From: Mobula hypostoma
Lineage: Eukaryota
Assembly: GCF_963921235.1 (NCBI RefSeq)
Contig: NC_086108.1
Coordinates: 58,964,001 to 59,028,000, forward strand
Length of the DNA: 64,000 nt
Direction: 5' to 3'
Part shown: positions 63,708 through 64,000 of the stretch, in pieces
Layout of the letters: every line of letters begins with the position of its first letter
Numbering within the stretch: the first letter of the stretch is position 1
Translations under genes and position numbers: made by a program
The notes under the pieces: generated by a model
Told to the model about the DNA's origin: nothing
The model's input: the letters and a program-made list of their open reading frames with translations, nothing else
Database searches by the model: none

Positions 63708-63849
63708 AAGCCTCCCCAGTCTAACTTTGGCCCACCCACACAATGGCTACTCTGCATGCTCCTGCCTTATTTTTATTTGCCTTTCTTAATGAATCTCATT
63801 CACTGGTTGGACGCAGTTCAAACCCTAAAAACTGCTGCAAAGCACTGGG

Positions 63850-63945
63850 TGTGAGAAGGATAATAAATCAATTATGATGGAATGACAGAACAGACTCAAT
63901 GTGTTGAATGGCCTAATTTGCTCCTACGTCTTATAGTTTTATGGT
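63850..63945 (+). mobile_element. CR1 3' tail remnant
   Basis: gaatgacagaacagactcaatgtgttgaatggcctaatttgctcctacgtcttatagttttatggtc. Confidence 0.7.
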
Positions 63946-64000
63946 CAGCAGATCAGGGACTCCGAGATGTTTCGATAGATTCCAGTGCAGTTTACTGATC

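Larger units (their letters stand above)
59753..63800 (-). mobile_element. Rearranged CR1 LINE, interrupted by a Rex-Babar fragment and a solo LTR
   Basis: Tail (cataaga)n at 59753-59790; [26 protein letters not shown]1 piece CTELQLLREHVKELAL..VAIPLSNKYTILD joined directly to the ORF2 WVTREVK region. Confidence 0.88.

Overview
Vertebrate genomic DNA, most likely from a ray or shark (inferred from HE1/V-SINEs and the CR1, Rex-Babar and Neptune-type Penelope repeats). The only host-gene sequence I can support is one 121-bp exon (4866-4986, minus strand) of an IgLON cell-adhesion gene, best matching NEGR1; the rest appears to be its introns, densely filled with nested transposons. These include many CR1 LINEs (one full-length, one with a nearly intact ORF2), Rex-Babar LINE fragments, a hAT/Charlie element with perfect TIRs and TSD, a Tc1 relic, three solo LTRs and two V-SINEs. 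Two things stand out. (1) A non-autonomous Gypsy-type LTR retrotransposon (51169-55303) has most of pol replaced by an intronless, internally deleted fragment of a sarcomeric myosin heavy-chain rod, which looks like mRNA capture followed by mobilisation in trans. (2) A family of Penelope-derived fold-back insertions with TSDs carries minimal hammerhead-ribozyme motifs in its arms, on both strands. All protein and family assignments are by eye from remembered motifs, not from database searches, and boundaries of old repeats are approximate.
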